A stretch of 56,143 nucleotides of DNA, taken from a virus (lineage: Duplodnaviria > Caudoviricetes). Each line of letters starts with the position of its first letter. Position 1 is the stretch's first letter. Below, piece by piece: positions 17,882 through 25,509 of this stretch. The notes beneath the pieces are model-generated. The model did no database searches and was not told the origin of the DNA. It saw only the letters and a list, made by a program, of their open reading frames with translations. The stretch is taken from IMG/VR virus record IMGVR_UViG_3300019766_000013, positions 1 through 56,143 of that record; one strand, given 5' to 3'. A program made the position numbers and the translations under genes.

Positions 17882-20135
17882 TGAAGAAAAAATATTAGAA
17901 TTAGAGAAAGAAGCAGCTAGAATAGGTATGGAATGTTTTAATTCTTTCTATACTTTCTTTCTTACCTTTTGGGATTGTATGAGTGGAGAAAAGTTTCAGG
18001 ATGCTCCGCACATTAAGTACATATGCGATACTTTACAGTATTGGGGAATGAAGGTAGTTAGAAGAGAACGTCTAATGAAAACTATCTGTATATCTGTTCC
18101 TCCTGGAAGTTCAAAGAGTACCATAGTAACGATTGCTTTTACTAACTGGTTATGGCTTCATGCTCCTAATTTATCCACTGCAAATATATCTTATTCTGCA
18201 ACCTTATCTCAACAACATTCATACAAAGCAAGAGCTATAACAGATAGCAAGAAATGGCATGTTCTTTTCGACAACATATTCAAGATAGTTCATGGTAAGC
18301 CCTTACAGATTGTTAAGCAAAATCAAACTGAAATGCTTAATAATTTTAAAGGTAATAGATTTTGTACATCTGTTGGTGGTACGATACTAGGAATGCATGC
18401 AGATATATTCTGTAATGATGACTTGATATCTGCCGAACAGGCTCAAAGTGATGTAGAGAGAGAAAAGGCTAATAGATTTAGTGATGAAACGGTATCATCA
18501 AGAAGAAAGGTGCCTGATTGTTATCTTAACATCTATATTAGTCAAAGACTACATGAAAATGATAGTATTGGTCATGTATTGCAAAAGAATCTTGATATTA
18601 CATATATTTGTCTTCCTTCTGAAATAACAGAAGCTAACATAAAGAATGTTAATCCACCAGAAGCAGTAGAAATATACACAGACGGCATACTAGATCCAAA
18701 CAGAAGACCTAAAGAAGTTCTGGATGTTCTTAAAGAAGAAATGGGGCCTAATGGATATGCAGGACAATATCTTCAAGTTCCTTTCAATATAGATGAAATG
18801 GATATAACGCCTAAAATGTTTAGGAAGATTAACAGAAAAGAATTATCTCAAAACATTGTATGGGATTTATTTATTGATGCAGCCTATACAGAGAAAAATG
18901 AGAATGATCCGACTGGTATCGATGTTATGGCTAGAGTTGGAAATGATATTATAATTAAAGAATCGTATAGTGTTCGCAAGAAGCTACCTGATTTGATGAA
19001 GTTCTTAATAGAGCTAGAAAACAAAGGAGTTTTCGACAAGAAAAAAAGTAGATTATTTATTGAGCCTAAAGCATCCGGTTACTCTCTTGCTCAATACATA
19101 GAAGCAGATACTGAATACAATTACGTCTTACTAGGACAAGATAATAAAAATGAGTCTAAACTTATTAATGCTGGCAAAAAAGCAAGACACGAACTAATCA
19201 AACCCAAAGCAGAAAGCAGAAGACTTATGCTTGTAGAGGATACATGGAATGATGATTACATACATGAGATATGTGGATTCCCCAAGGTGCAACATGATGA
19301 AAGAGTTGATAATTTAGGTTATGCTATCAATAGATTCTTTATGAATGAGAATACTTTCCTTGAAGCGTGGGCTTTACGCAAGTTAGAAAAAGAAGTAATA
19401 GACTCTATACCTATTTTACTTACATCTCAGATTACTAAGAGTAGAAATGGTAACTCTACATCCATGTCAGTAGACTACGAAGAGAATGATTCAGGAGATG
19501 TACAACTATTTGACTATCCAAACACACAATACCATAACCGTTATGTTGCAGTAGTTGTAATGAAGTCAGAAGCAGAAAGAGGAGGAACAACTTGTATACT
19601 TGTATATGATAGAGTAAGCAACTTTATTCCTGCTATGTATGATGCTAACTTAATTAATCCAAGAAAAGTAGCACAGAAAGCGTTAGAGTTATCTTATTTG
19701 TACGATAATGCTAAATTGGTAATATCTATCAAGAAAGATGCAGGAACGGCTCAGAACGAAGAAAATGACCTTTCTCACATGGTTATCCAAGAGATTAGAA
19801 GGATAGGATACAATAAACTACACTCTAGGCTATCTGTAAATAACATCAAGAAGAAGAGAGAAAGAGAGTTTGGCTTTGAGGTTAACAGGTCCACTAGTAG
19901 GGAAGTATACTTACATCTGAAGGATCTTGCGGAGACTAACAAGATTAAAGAGCTTCCTTTAGCAGTATATGAAGATATATCTATACTTGAGAGGAAGAAA
20001 GAGTCTGGAGAGATAGATGGACAAGAAGGAAAAGAAGTTAATCGTGGCTTAGCTTACTCTATTGCTCTTAAGGTATCAGATGAATGGACAGATGAACCAC
20101 GAATTAAAAGAGCTTCCAAAGACAAATGGACGTAA
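17874..20135 (+). CDS. terL: Terminase large subunit with an extra C-terminal domain
   Basis: Walker A VPPGSSKS, Walker B FCNDD, QRLHEND, QYLQ.P, nuclease motifs FIDAAY, EPKASG, HDERVD. Confidence 0.9.
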   Translation: MSNEEKILELEKEAARIGMECFNSFYTFFLTFWDCMSGEKFQDAPHIKYICDTLQYWGMKVVRRERLMKTICISVPPGSSKSTIVTIAFTNWLWLHAPNLSTANISYSATLSQQHSYKARAITDSKKWHVLFDNIFKIVHGKPLQIVKQNQTEMLNNFKGNRFCTSVGGTILGMHADIFCNDDLISAEQAQSDVEREKANRFSDETVSSRRKVPDCYLNIYISQRLHENDSIGHVLQKNLDITYICLPSEITEANIKNVNPPEAVEIYTDGILDPNRRPKEVLDVLKEEMGPNGYAGQYLQVPFNIDEMDITPKMFRKINRKELSQNIVWDLFIDAAYTEKNENDPTGIDVMARVGNDIIIKESYSVRKKLPDLMKFLIELENKGVFDKKKSRLFIEPKASGYSLAQYIEADTEYNYVLLGQDNKNESKLINAGKKARHELIKPKAESRRLMLVEDTWNDDYIHEICGFPKVQHDERVDNLGYAINRFFMNENTFLEAWALRKLEKEVIDSIPILLTSQITKSRNGNSTSMSVDYEENDSGDVQLFDYPNTQYHNRYVAVVVMKSEAERGGTTCILVYDRVSNFIPAMYDANLINPRKVAQKALELSYLYDNAKLVISIKKDAGTAQNEENDLSHMVIQEIRRIGYNKLHSRLSVNNIKKKREREFGFEVNRSTSREVYLHLKDLAETNKIKELPLAVYEDISILERKKESGEIDGQEGKEVNRGLAYSIALKVSDEWTDEPRIKRASKDKWT

Positions 20136-20168
20136 AAAAAAGCCTGCTAACTTATATAACAGGCTTTC
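20134..20168. terminator. Terminator hairpin between convergent genes
   Basis: AAAGCCTG...CAGGCTTT, with an A-run on the left. Confidence 0.65.
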
Positions 20169-20176
20169 ATGTTGTT

Positions 20177-20398
20177 TTACTTTACTTTAGTTGTAAACGT
20201 GAGTTTTACTTCTTGCTTTACTATAAATGGTTTACCACAGTAAGGACACCTTCCCTCCATGTTAAATTCATCTATAGGCTTATTGTTGTCATCAAGTCCT
20301 TCATCTTCTCTAAGGCTTACTCTCTTATTACAATGAGGACACTTAAATGTTGGCAACCAGCCTTCCATTTCTTCTACAAATACGTTTTGTTCTGCCAT
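20177..20398 (-). CDS. Small zinc-ribbon protein
   Basis: CPHC...CPYC. Confidence 0.7.
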   Translation of the reverse strand: MAEQNVFVEEMEGWLPTFKCPHCNKRVSLREDEGLDDNNKPIDEFNMEGRCPYCGKPFIVKQEVKLTFTTKVK

Positions 20399-20401
20399 GG
20401 T

Positions 20402-20974
20402 TTACTCCTCCTTTCTGTGCTTTAAAAGGTCTATAAACACGTCTTTTGTGACTTGCTTAAGTTCGTCTTTCCTAGAATTGTTAATACAATCACATAGTTG
20501 ATTTCTTTCTGCATCAAAATACACCATCTTGCAAGAATGTGAAAAAGTACATGTATCAGCAATATAATCTCTATTTACTGAATATATATCTAACTTTTCT
20601 TTAATGTTTAGATTGTCGCAATACACATCTTCCAACTTCAAGAAGTCTTTTTTCTTGTCATCCCAGTATAATCCATTACTCTCCTCGGTTGCTGTTCCTT
20701 TCTTTATTTGCAATGTTTCAGATAAGCAAATTGTACACTCCATAGAAATAGTTACATTTCTTTTTATTTCTCCTGTTAAAAGATTTATATGTGAAAACGC
20801 TTCTAATTCATTTTTGCATCTAAACACACAAGAATCTTCATTTGTATAGGCATAATACCAATTACCTTTGATTAACTCTACTTGTTTTGGCTCTGTAACC
20901 TCACCAGTAACCTCATGACCTCCTTCAACCTTCTTGATTGAATCAAGAGTATTGAATATTATTGTTTGTTTCAT
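20402..20974 (-). CDS. Hypothetical protein
   Basis: ORF in a tightly packed minus-strand run; MKQTII start preferred over 20998. Confidence 0.65.
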   Translation of the reverse strand: MKQTIIFNTLDSIKKVEGGHEVTGEVTEPKQVELIKGNWYYAYTNEDSCVFRCKNELEAFSHINLLTGEIKRNVTISMECTICLSETLQIKKGTATEESNGLYWDDKKKDFLKLEDVYCDNLNIKEKLDIYSVNRDYIADTCTFSHSCKMVYFDAERNQLCDCINNSRKDELKQVTKDVFIDLLKHRKEE

Positions 20975-20981
20975 AACTTTA

Positions 20982-21257
20982 TTATTTAATAGTGTCACCT
21001 ATATTTCTACACTGCATATCAGAAGCAAGACTTACTCCTGATATTGATAATATCTTACCATTACCATCTTTAAATGTTGCGGAATCATAACTTCCTGGTT
21101 GTCTGTCTTTACCTATAAGTATAACAGGAGACTTTAACTCTGACACCTTTTCATCTGTAGATACATACTTACCGCAACCTACGATCATTATCGCAATTAT
21201 AGCTATAAGTAACACCTTAACTCTACTCATTTTTTCCATAAAAATTTGTTTTTTCAC
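20982..21257 (-). CDS. Putative lipoprotein
   Basis: Hydrophobic stretch ending in lipobox-like IVGC. Confidence 0.6.
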   Translation of the reverse strand: MKKQIFMEKMSRVKVLLIAIIAIMIVGCGKYVSTDEKVSELKSPVILIGKDRQPGSYDSATFKDGNGKILSISGVSLASDMQCRNIGDTIK

Positions 21258-21271
21258 GTTTTTAAAAAGAA

Positions 21272-21337
21272 TGCCGAACTTTCCCGGCAGTCATCCACTT
21301 ACAAGACGTTCCTTTCTTGTCAATCCTCTTGTGGCTG
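21272..21337 (-). ncRNA. Structured element/terminator 3' of the tRNA
   Basis: CCAC/GTGG and ACAAGA/TCTTGT stems, then TGCCGG-GAAAGT-TCGGCA followed by TTCTTTTT. Confidence 0.45.
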
Positions 21338-21343
21338 ATTATG

Positions 21344-21417
21344 TGGACCTTGACAGGCTTGAACTGCCGACCTGCTCATTATGAGTGAGCTGCTCTAACC
21401 ATCTGAGCTAAAGGTCC
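21344..21417 (-). tRNA. tRNA with CAU anticodon, most likely tRNA-Ile2 (lysidine type); elongator Met not excluded; CCA not encoded
   Basis: GGACCTT TA GCTC AGATGGTTA GAGC A GCTCA CT-CAT-AA TGAGC AGGTC GGCAG TTCAAGC CTGTC AAGGTCC A folds into a full cloverleaf. Confidence 0.93.
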
Positions 21418-21745
21418 ATTGCCCCTTACGTTAGGGCAGTCCGTTAACCTACGCTGCTACTTTAGCAGGTGAGTTAAATGATTGTATTGTTTTGCCTGTT
21501 AAGCAGTTTAAGCTCTCCATTATTTACTATTCTTATCTGTCAAAGCCAGTCAGCCCCATGGCTCGCAAGGTAAGCGATCATTAATCAATCTTACCTCACT
21601 TGTGTTTTTATACAGTATTTAACTGTTATTGGGCGGGGGCTCAGTGATTCAACCGAGGATCATCCCCCATATGTGGAGCTGGAGAGTCTCGAACTCTCGT
21701 CCAAATAAGTCTTCAATAATTTCAATGAACTTTATTTATTTATCT
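21418..21745 (-). ncRNA. ssrA: Circularly permuted two-piece tmRNA: acceptor piece ~21745-21674, intervening segment 21673-21558, coding piece 21557-~21418
   Basis: The 3' module GGAC-GAGAG-TTCGAGA-CTCTC-CAGCTCC-A precedes the 5' module GGGGCTG-ACTGGCTTTGAC; G3.U70 pair; four inter-piece helices; tag ORF 21496-21449 GKTIQSFNSPAKVAA*. Confidence 0.9.
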
Positions 21746-21751
21746 GAAATT

Positions 21752-21759
21752 CAAATATA
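21752..21759 (-). promoter_or_regulatory. Bacteroidota -7 promoter box for the tmRNA-tRNA transcript
   Basis: Minus-strand TATATTTG just upstream of the acceptor piece. Confidence 0.7.
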
Positions 21760-21799
21760 CAACTATTTAGTTAGTAAATAGTATAATAGTCAATTATTT

Positions 21800-22186
21800 T
21801 TACTCTTCTTTATAGTAATCTCTACAAAAATCAGAACAGAATGGCATCCCATCCTTGTAGAACTCTTTTGTATAACAATACTCTCCACAGTCTTTGCACA
21901 AATCCATTGGTTTCTTAAGGACCTTACTCCAAATTCTCCAACGCATAAATAAAGCTCCAACAGATAGCCTTAACTTTTCTCCTCCTCCTTTATAGTCTAC
22001 ACTAAAACTAAAAAACATGAATGATCTAGCGTTAGAAAACATACATATTTTACCTTCACTTGTTAAGGTGAAAGTAAATATGTGTATTCCGATATTATCT
22101 AAATTACCTAGCTTGATAGTCAAAGGAACAATCTTCACTCCCCTTAGTGCTTTTACTTTCTTTATAAAATCCTTAATTTTCTTCAT
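21800..22186 (-). CDS. Hypothetical protein with C-terminal Cys cluster
   Basis: CKDCGE...FCSDFC zinc-finger-like end. Confidence 0.65.
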   Translation of the reverse strand: MKKIKDFIKKVKALRGVKIVPLTIKLGNLDNIGIHIFTFTLTSEGKICMFSNARSFMFFSFSVDYKGGGEKLRLSVGALFMRWRIWSKVLKKPMDLCKDCGEYCYTKEFYKDGMPFCSDFCRDYYKEE

Positions 22187-22271
22187 TTACTTACAATTTG
22201 AAACTTATTTGACTATTTTGCTTACAATCACCTTTGTTTTACCACTGAGGAAAGTATAAAACTGTAAGCTG

Positions 22272-22847
22272 TTACTTCTTAACTGCATTTATAATATCTC
22301 TTATTGCTTCCAGATTACTGTTTGCTGGTGTATCATCTTTTGCGTATCCTCCATAATGCTTAATTAGCATATCCATGATGTCTTTGATACTCTCTAGCTT
22401 AACCTTCTTTAGTACTCCTGTCTGTATCTTACGCTTCTTCTTCTTTCCTGCAGCATCCTCATACTCTTCCCACTCCCATATCTCTAATACATCAAACGAA
22501 GCTAGAAACATTGCTTGCTCCTGTGTTAGCTTATGGATAGGCTTCATACAATCATCATTATCAAACATCTCTCTTATATCAAGATTAACTCTTTTAGATA
22601 GCTTAATAAGTATTTCATCAAGTGTTACCTTCTCTCTAGCCTTGATTTTACCCTCTATCTCCTTGATTCTTTCCGCTACCTTACCGTTTGACATAAGTTC
22701 ACAACTCTTAACGTATAAAGTGTTCTTAGAAGTCTTAGGAGAGACATTGTAGTTAGCAGCATATGCTTCCCAATGAAAAGTATATTTCTTATTTGCTATA
22801 TCTTTAGCAAATCCTTCTTGCTTTGCTGTTAGTTTATTGTGTCCCAT
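22272..22847 (-). CDS. terS: Terminase small subunit
   Basis: N-terminal KLTAKQEGFA...EAY...Y HTH pattern, KVAERIKEI, later DIREMFD and KKVKL...MDMLIKH.G.Y. Confidence 0.8.
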   Translation of the reverse strand: MGHNKLTAKQEGFAKDIANKKYTFHWEAYAANYNVSPKTSKNTLYVKSCELMSNGKVAERIKEIEGKIKAREKVTLDEILIKLSKRVNLDIREMFDNDDCMKPIHKLTQEQAMFLASFDVLEIWEWEEYEDAAGKKKKRKIQTGVLKKVKLESIKDIMDMLIKHYGGYAKDDTPANSNLEAIRDIINAVKK

Positions 22848-22849
22848 AA

Positions 22850-23053
22850 CTAATTCAAAAATTTAATGTTTTCTGGTTTAACCTGCTCTACAGTTCCATC
22901 CTGTAGTTTAACTAGTGCTACTGTGTAGTGTGCTATTCCACAACCTGTAGGTTTATACTGTATTCCCCAATCTAGGAATATTCCATTGCTAGGAAAATCT
23001 TTTTCCCATTCTCCTGTTCCTTCTACTTTAGTTGCTGGTTTACTCTTTTCTCG
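22850..23053 (-). pseudogene. Start-less remnant of a small phage protein
   Basis: 67-codon open frame (..GTGEWEKDF...FLDWG...YTVALVKLQDGTVEQVKPENIKFLN*) bounded by TGA at 23056-23054 with no start codon near the 5' end. Confidence 0.5.
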
Positions 23054-23283
23054 TCAGTTCCCCACATAATAAAGTTTTTACATGCTTTGGTCCTTAATGT
23101 AGTCTGAGGAGCTTCTTTAAGCTGAGTCTCTGTGTATCTCCTAATCGTATGTACATGACCTTTGAACTCTTCTTTCTCGTATCCATACATACACTTTGTA
23201 ATGGATTTCTTACCTTGGTAAGCTTTCTCATGAAAATGACAGTGCTTACATCTTGCTGGATATCTAATTGTATATACTCCCAT
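23023..23283 (-). CDS. Hypothetical Cys-rich protein
   Basis: CKHCHF...C...ACKNF. Confidence 0.65.
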   Translation of the reverse strand: MGVYTIRYPARCKHCHFHEKAYQGKKSITKCMYGYEKEEFKGHVHTIRRYTETQLKEAPQTTLRTKACKNFIMWGTDEKRVNQQLK

Positions 23284-23285
23284 GA

Positions 23286-23678
23286 CTATTTATTTAATTC
23301 CTTTTCAGTAATATAATACTCTTTTGGTATGCCTATCGCATAACCTTTGGAGCGAAGAAAGTCTATTTCTTCAGCGTGTTTCATAGGATTACAACCTATC
23401 GCACCACTCAATAAAGTCCAATGATACACAAACTTACTTTTATTCTCTGCAATCTGTTCGTCATTCCCATATACAACTTTGCATAGCTCTAAATAATCCT
23501 CGTCGCTTATATCCTCTATCTCTTTTAAAATTAGCTTTCTTTCAAACCTAGAACCATGTTTAGCACCCATTGCTAGTAATTCACCTGCATTTACTTCATT
23601 TATTGCGCTCATAATAGGATAGTAAGTAACAAACTTACACCCTAAATATCTTCCGAACCATTTAATCTTATCTTGCAT
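23286..23678 (-). CDS. Hypothetical phage protein
   Basis: KLILK.IEDISDED...IDFLRSKGYA pattern; operon packing. Confidence 0.7.
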   Translation of the reverse strand: MQDKIKWFGRYLGCKFVTYYPIMSAINEVNAGELLAMGAKHGSRFERKLILKEIEDISDEDYLELCKVVYGNDEQIAENKSKFVYHWTLLSGAIGCNPMKHAEEIDFLRSKGYAIGIPKEYYITEKELNK

Positions 23679-23689
23679 TTTATTTAGTT

Positions 23690-24124
23690 TTAGTCGTGAA
23701 TATTGCCTGTGATTTGCATAGTGGTAAGGTCTAATTCTTCTAAACCGTAACTTTCTATACTAGATAATTCACCACATACTAACTCTTCACTACCTTCGCC
23801 TAGATACACATCGTAACCCATAGAATCAGCTTGAAATCGTTTTGAATAATCACTCCAAACAATTTCAATATGGTCTTCTTCTTCTTCTGTTCCATCGAAT
23901 TTATCACCCTCAAATATCTTATTGCCGTTTATATCTTTAAGTCCTGTATATTGGCAAACTGTTTCAGGTATGACTTCAGTACGTAAATTATCATTTAACA
24001 TTGGCATTGTTTTGCTAACTATGAAACTCTTATTAGTATCAACTAACAAACTACCGTAAACCCAATCACCCAAAGATGTATTATTATCAACTCTCTTTGC
24101 TTTAAATAAAATCTCTCTTTTCAT
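23690..24124 (-). CDS. YopX-family protein
   Basis: MKREILFKAKR...WVYG...TVCQYTGLKDING.KIFEGD...GNIHD. Confidence 0.9.
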   Translation of the reverse strand: MKREILFKAKRVDNNTSLGDWVYGSLLVDTNKSFIVSKTMPMLNDNLRTEVIPETVCQYTGLKDINGNKIFEGDKFDGTEEEEDHIEIVWSDYSKRFQADSMGYDVYLGEGSEELVCGELSSIESYGLEELDLTTMQITGNIHD

Positions 24125-24144
24125 AACTCTATTATTTTAAAGTA

Positions 24145-24531
24145 TTAATATCTACTGCTATCTTCATTATTTTCTTCTCTTATTAATCTATCTATTTCAG
24201 CAGCAATAAGCGCACCAGCTTTTGTTAATTCTCTTATTCTATCATTTGGAATAGGTTTATACATATCTTTTCTAAATGGCCATCTATGATATTTTGGCAC
24301 TAATATTGTAGCATCTGTATTTTCAACTTCTTTTGCTGCTTTTAAAACATCTTCACTATTAGAATAAATATTATCGATATGAAAAATTATACTTGTTGCA
24401 AACGCTGCGTATACAGATGCTGCTTCAGCTAATTCTCCATCTGTATATTTATCATCATGTTTACTACTGTAACCTTCTTTATTTACCTGTCTCTGTCTCT
24501 CTTCTGTTATTAATTCTATTCCTGTTTTCAT
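24145..24531 (-). CDS. Conserved phage hypothetical protein
   Basis: ERQRQ..KEG....HDD....GELAEAA..Y...RELTKAGALIAAEIDRL. Confidence 0.8.
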   Translation of the reverse strand: MKTGIELITEERQRQVNKEGYSSKHDDKYTDGELAEAASVYAAFATSIIFHIDNIYSNSEDVLKAAKEVENTDATILVPKYHRWPFRKDMYKPIPNDRIRELTKAGALIAAEIDRLIREENNEDSSRY

Positions 24532-24537
24532 AATTTC

Positions 24538-24843
24538 TTATTTAAAGATATCTTTATCTGTTATCTCTCCAACTTCATCAAAACGCCAATAAGTTCTACT
24601 ATCGCCACTATGATTAGCTATATACGAATAATCCCTTTTCTTTGTATTATACGGATTAATTAGAAAACAAGGAGTATTGGTTTCGCATAGACTAGCTGCT
24701 GTAATTCTACCCCAGTATCCCTTATATTTTCCAATCAACATTTTAGCATGTTTGCCAATATATTTTGATAACTCTATTTCAATTTTAGCACTTAAATCTT
24801 CATTATGCTTTAATAATTCTTGTAATTCTTTACTTAGTTCCAT
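24538..24843 (-). CDS. Hypothetical protein
   Basis: 101-aa ORF, operon packing. Confidence 0.65.
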   Translation of the reverse strand: MELSKELQELLKHNEDLSAKIEIELSKYIGKHAKMLIGKYKGYWGRITAASLCETNTPCFLINPYNTKKRDYSYIANHSGDSRTYWRFDEVGEITDKDIFK

Positions 24844-24880
24844 AACTATTACTTCTTAAGTTTGTTGTATATCTCTTTGA

Positions 24881-25201
24881 TTACTTTTGCATCCCATAGA
24901 GCGTTGTGTTTGTTTGAATTAAAGGCATTTTTAAACTTCTAACAAAATCATCTATCTCCTTAGGATTATTTCTCAGATAAGAAGACATTAAAGATTTCAT
25001 AAAGTTATTTACCTGTGGCTCTTTAGCCATTTGATTACATATTGATATTGCTAAAGCTCTAATGTCTCCTTTAATAGTTACAAAGGATTTCATATTGTCT
25101 ATATCTCCATGAGCAAACATACTACCTGCTTGTCCTTTGCTCATTTTATTTAACCTGGTAATAGTATCCAGAATATCGTCAGTAAATTCTTCTTCATTCA
25201 T
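24881..25201 (-). CDS. Hypothetical protein
   Basis: 106-aa ORF with ATGA overlap to the upstream gene. Confidence 0.65.
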   Translation of the reverse strand: MNEEEFTDDILDTITRLNKMSKGQAGSMFAHGDIDNMKSFVTIKGDIRALAISICNQMAKEPQVNNFMKSLMSSYLRNNPKEIDDFVRSLKMPLIQTNTTLYGMQK

Positions 25202-25503
25202 TTTGCACGTTTTACATAGCGGATTAACAATCTACTTTCTCTCTCACATGTCCCAAACCTTTTGGAGAATAGCTTTACTTTTTCAGGATGAGAACATTCT
25301 AATCCTTTAACAAAGTCTAACATCTCCTTATTTATTATGCCTTTATAATAGTTATTTACTATCCTCCTGGCACTTACTCCTACTATACAAACAGCATTCC
25401 CTGCTTCTTCATACATAGAATCTACGTCATAATCCATTCCAGAGCGTAGAAGACTCTGGAACTTATTTATGACTCTTGTTTCTTTGGCTTGAGACATTCC
25501 CAT
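25198..25503 (-). CDS. Hypothetical protein
   Basis: 101-aa ORF, operon packing. Confidence 0.65.
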   Translation of the reverse strand: MGMSQAKETRVINKFQSLLRSGMDYDVDSMYEEAGNAVCIVGVSARRIVNNYYKGIINKEMLDFVKGLECSHPEKVKLFSKRFGTCERESRLLIRYVKRAK

Positions 25504-25509
25504 TAAAAA

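Noticed and set aside
21264-21343. HDV-like (theta) ribozyme in the tRNA trailer
   Set aside because: I could not build the nested double pseudoknot or place a cleavage-site G at the tRNA end; kept only as an unnamed structure.
21674-21705. tmRNA 3' fragment as an attP integration remnant
   Set aside because: A complementary 5' piece, inter-piece helices, a tag ORF and a promoter are all present, and there is no integrase.
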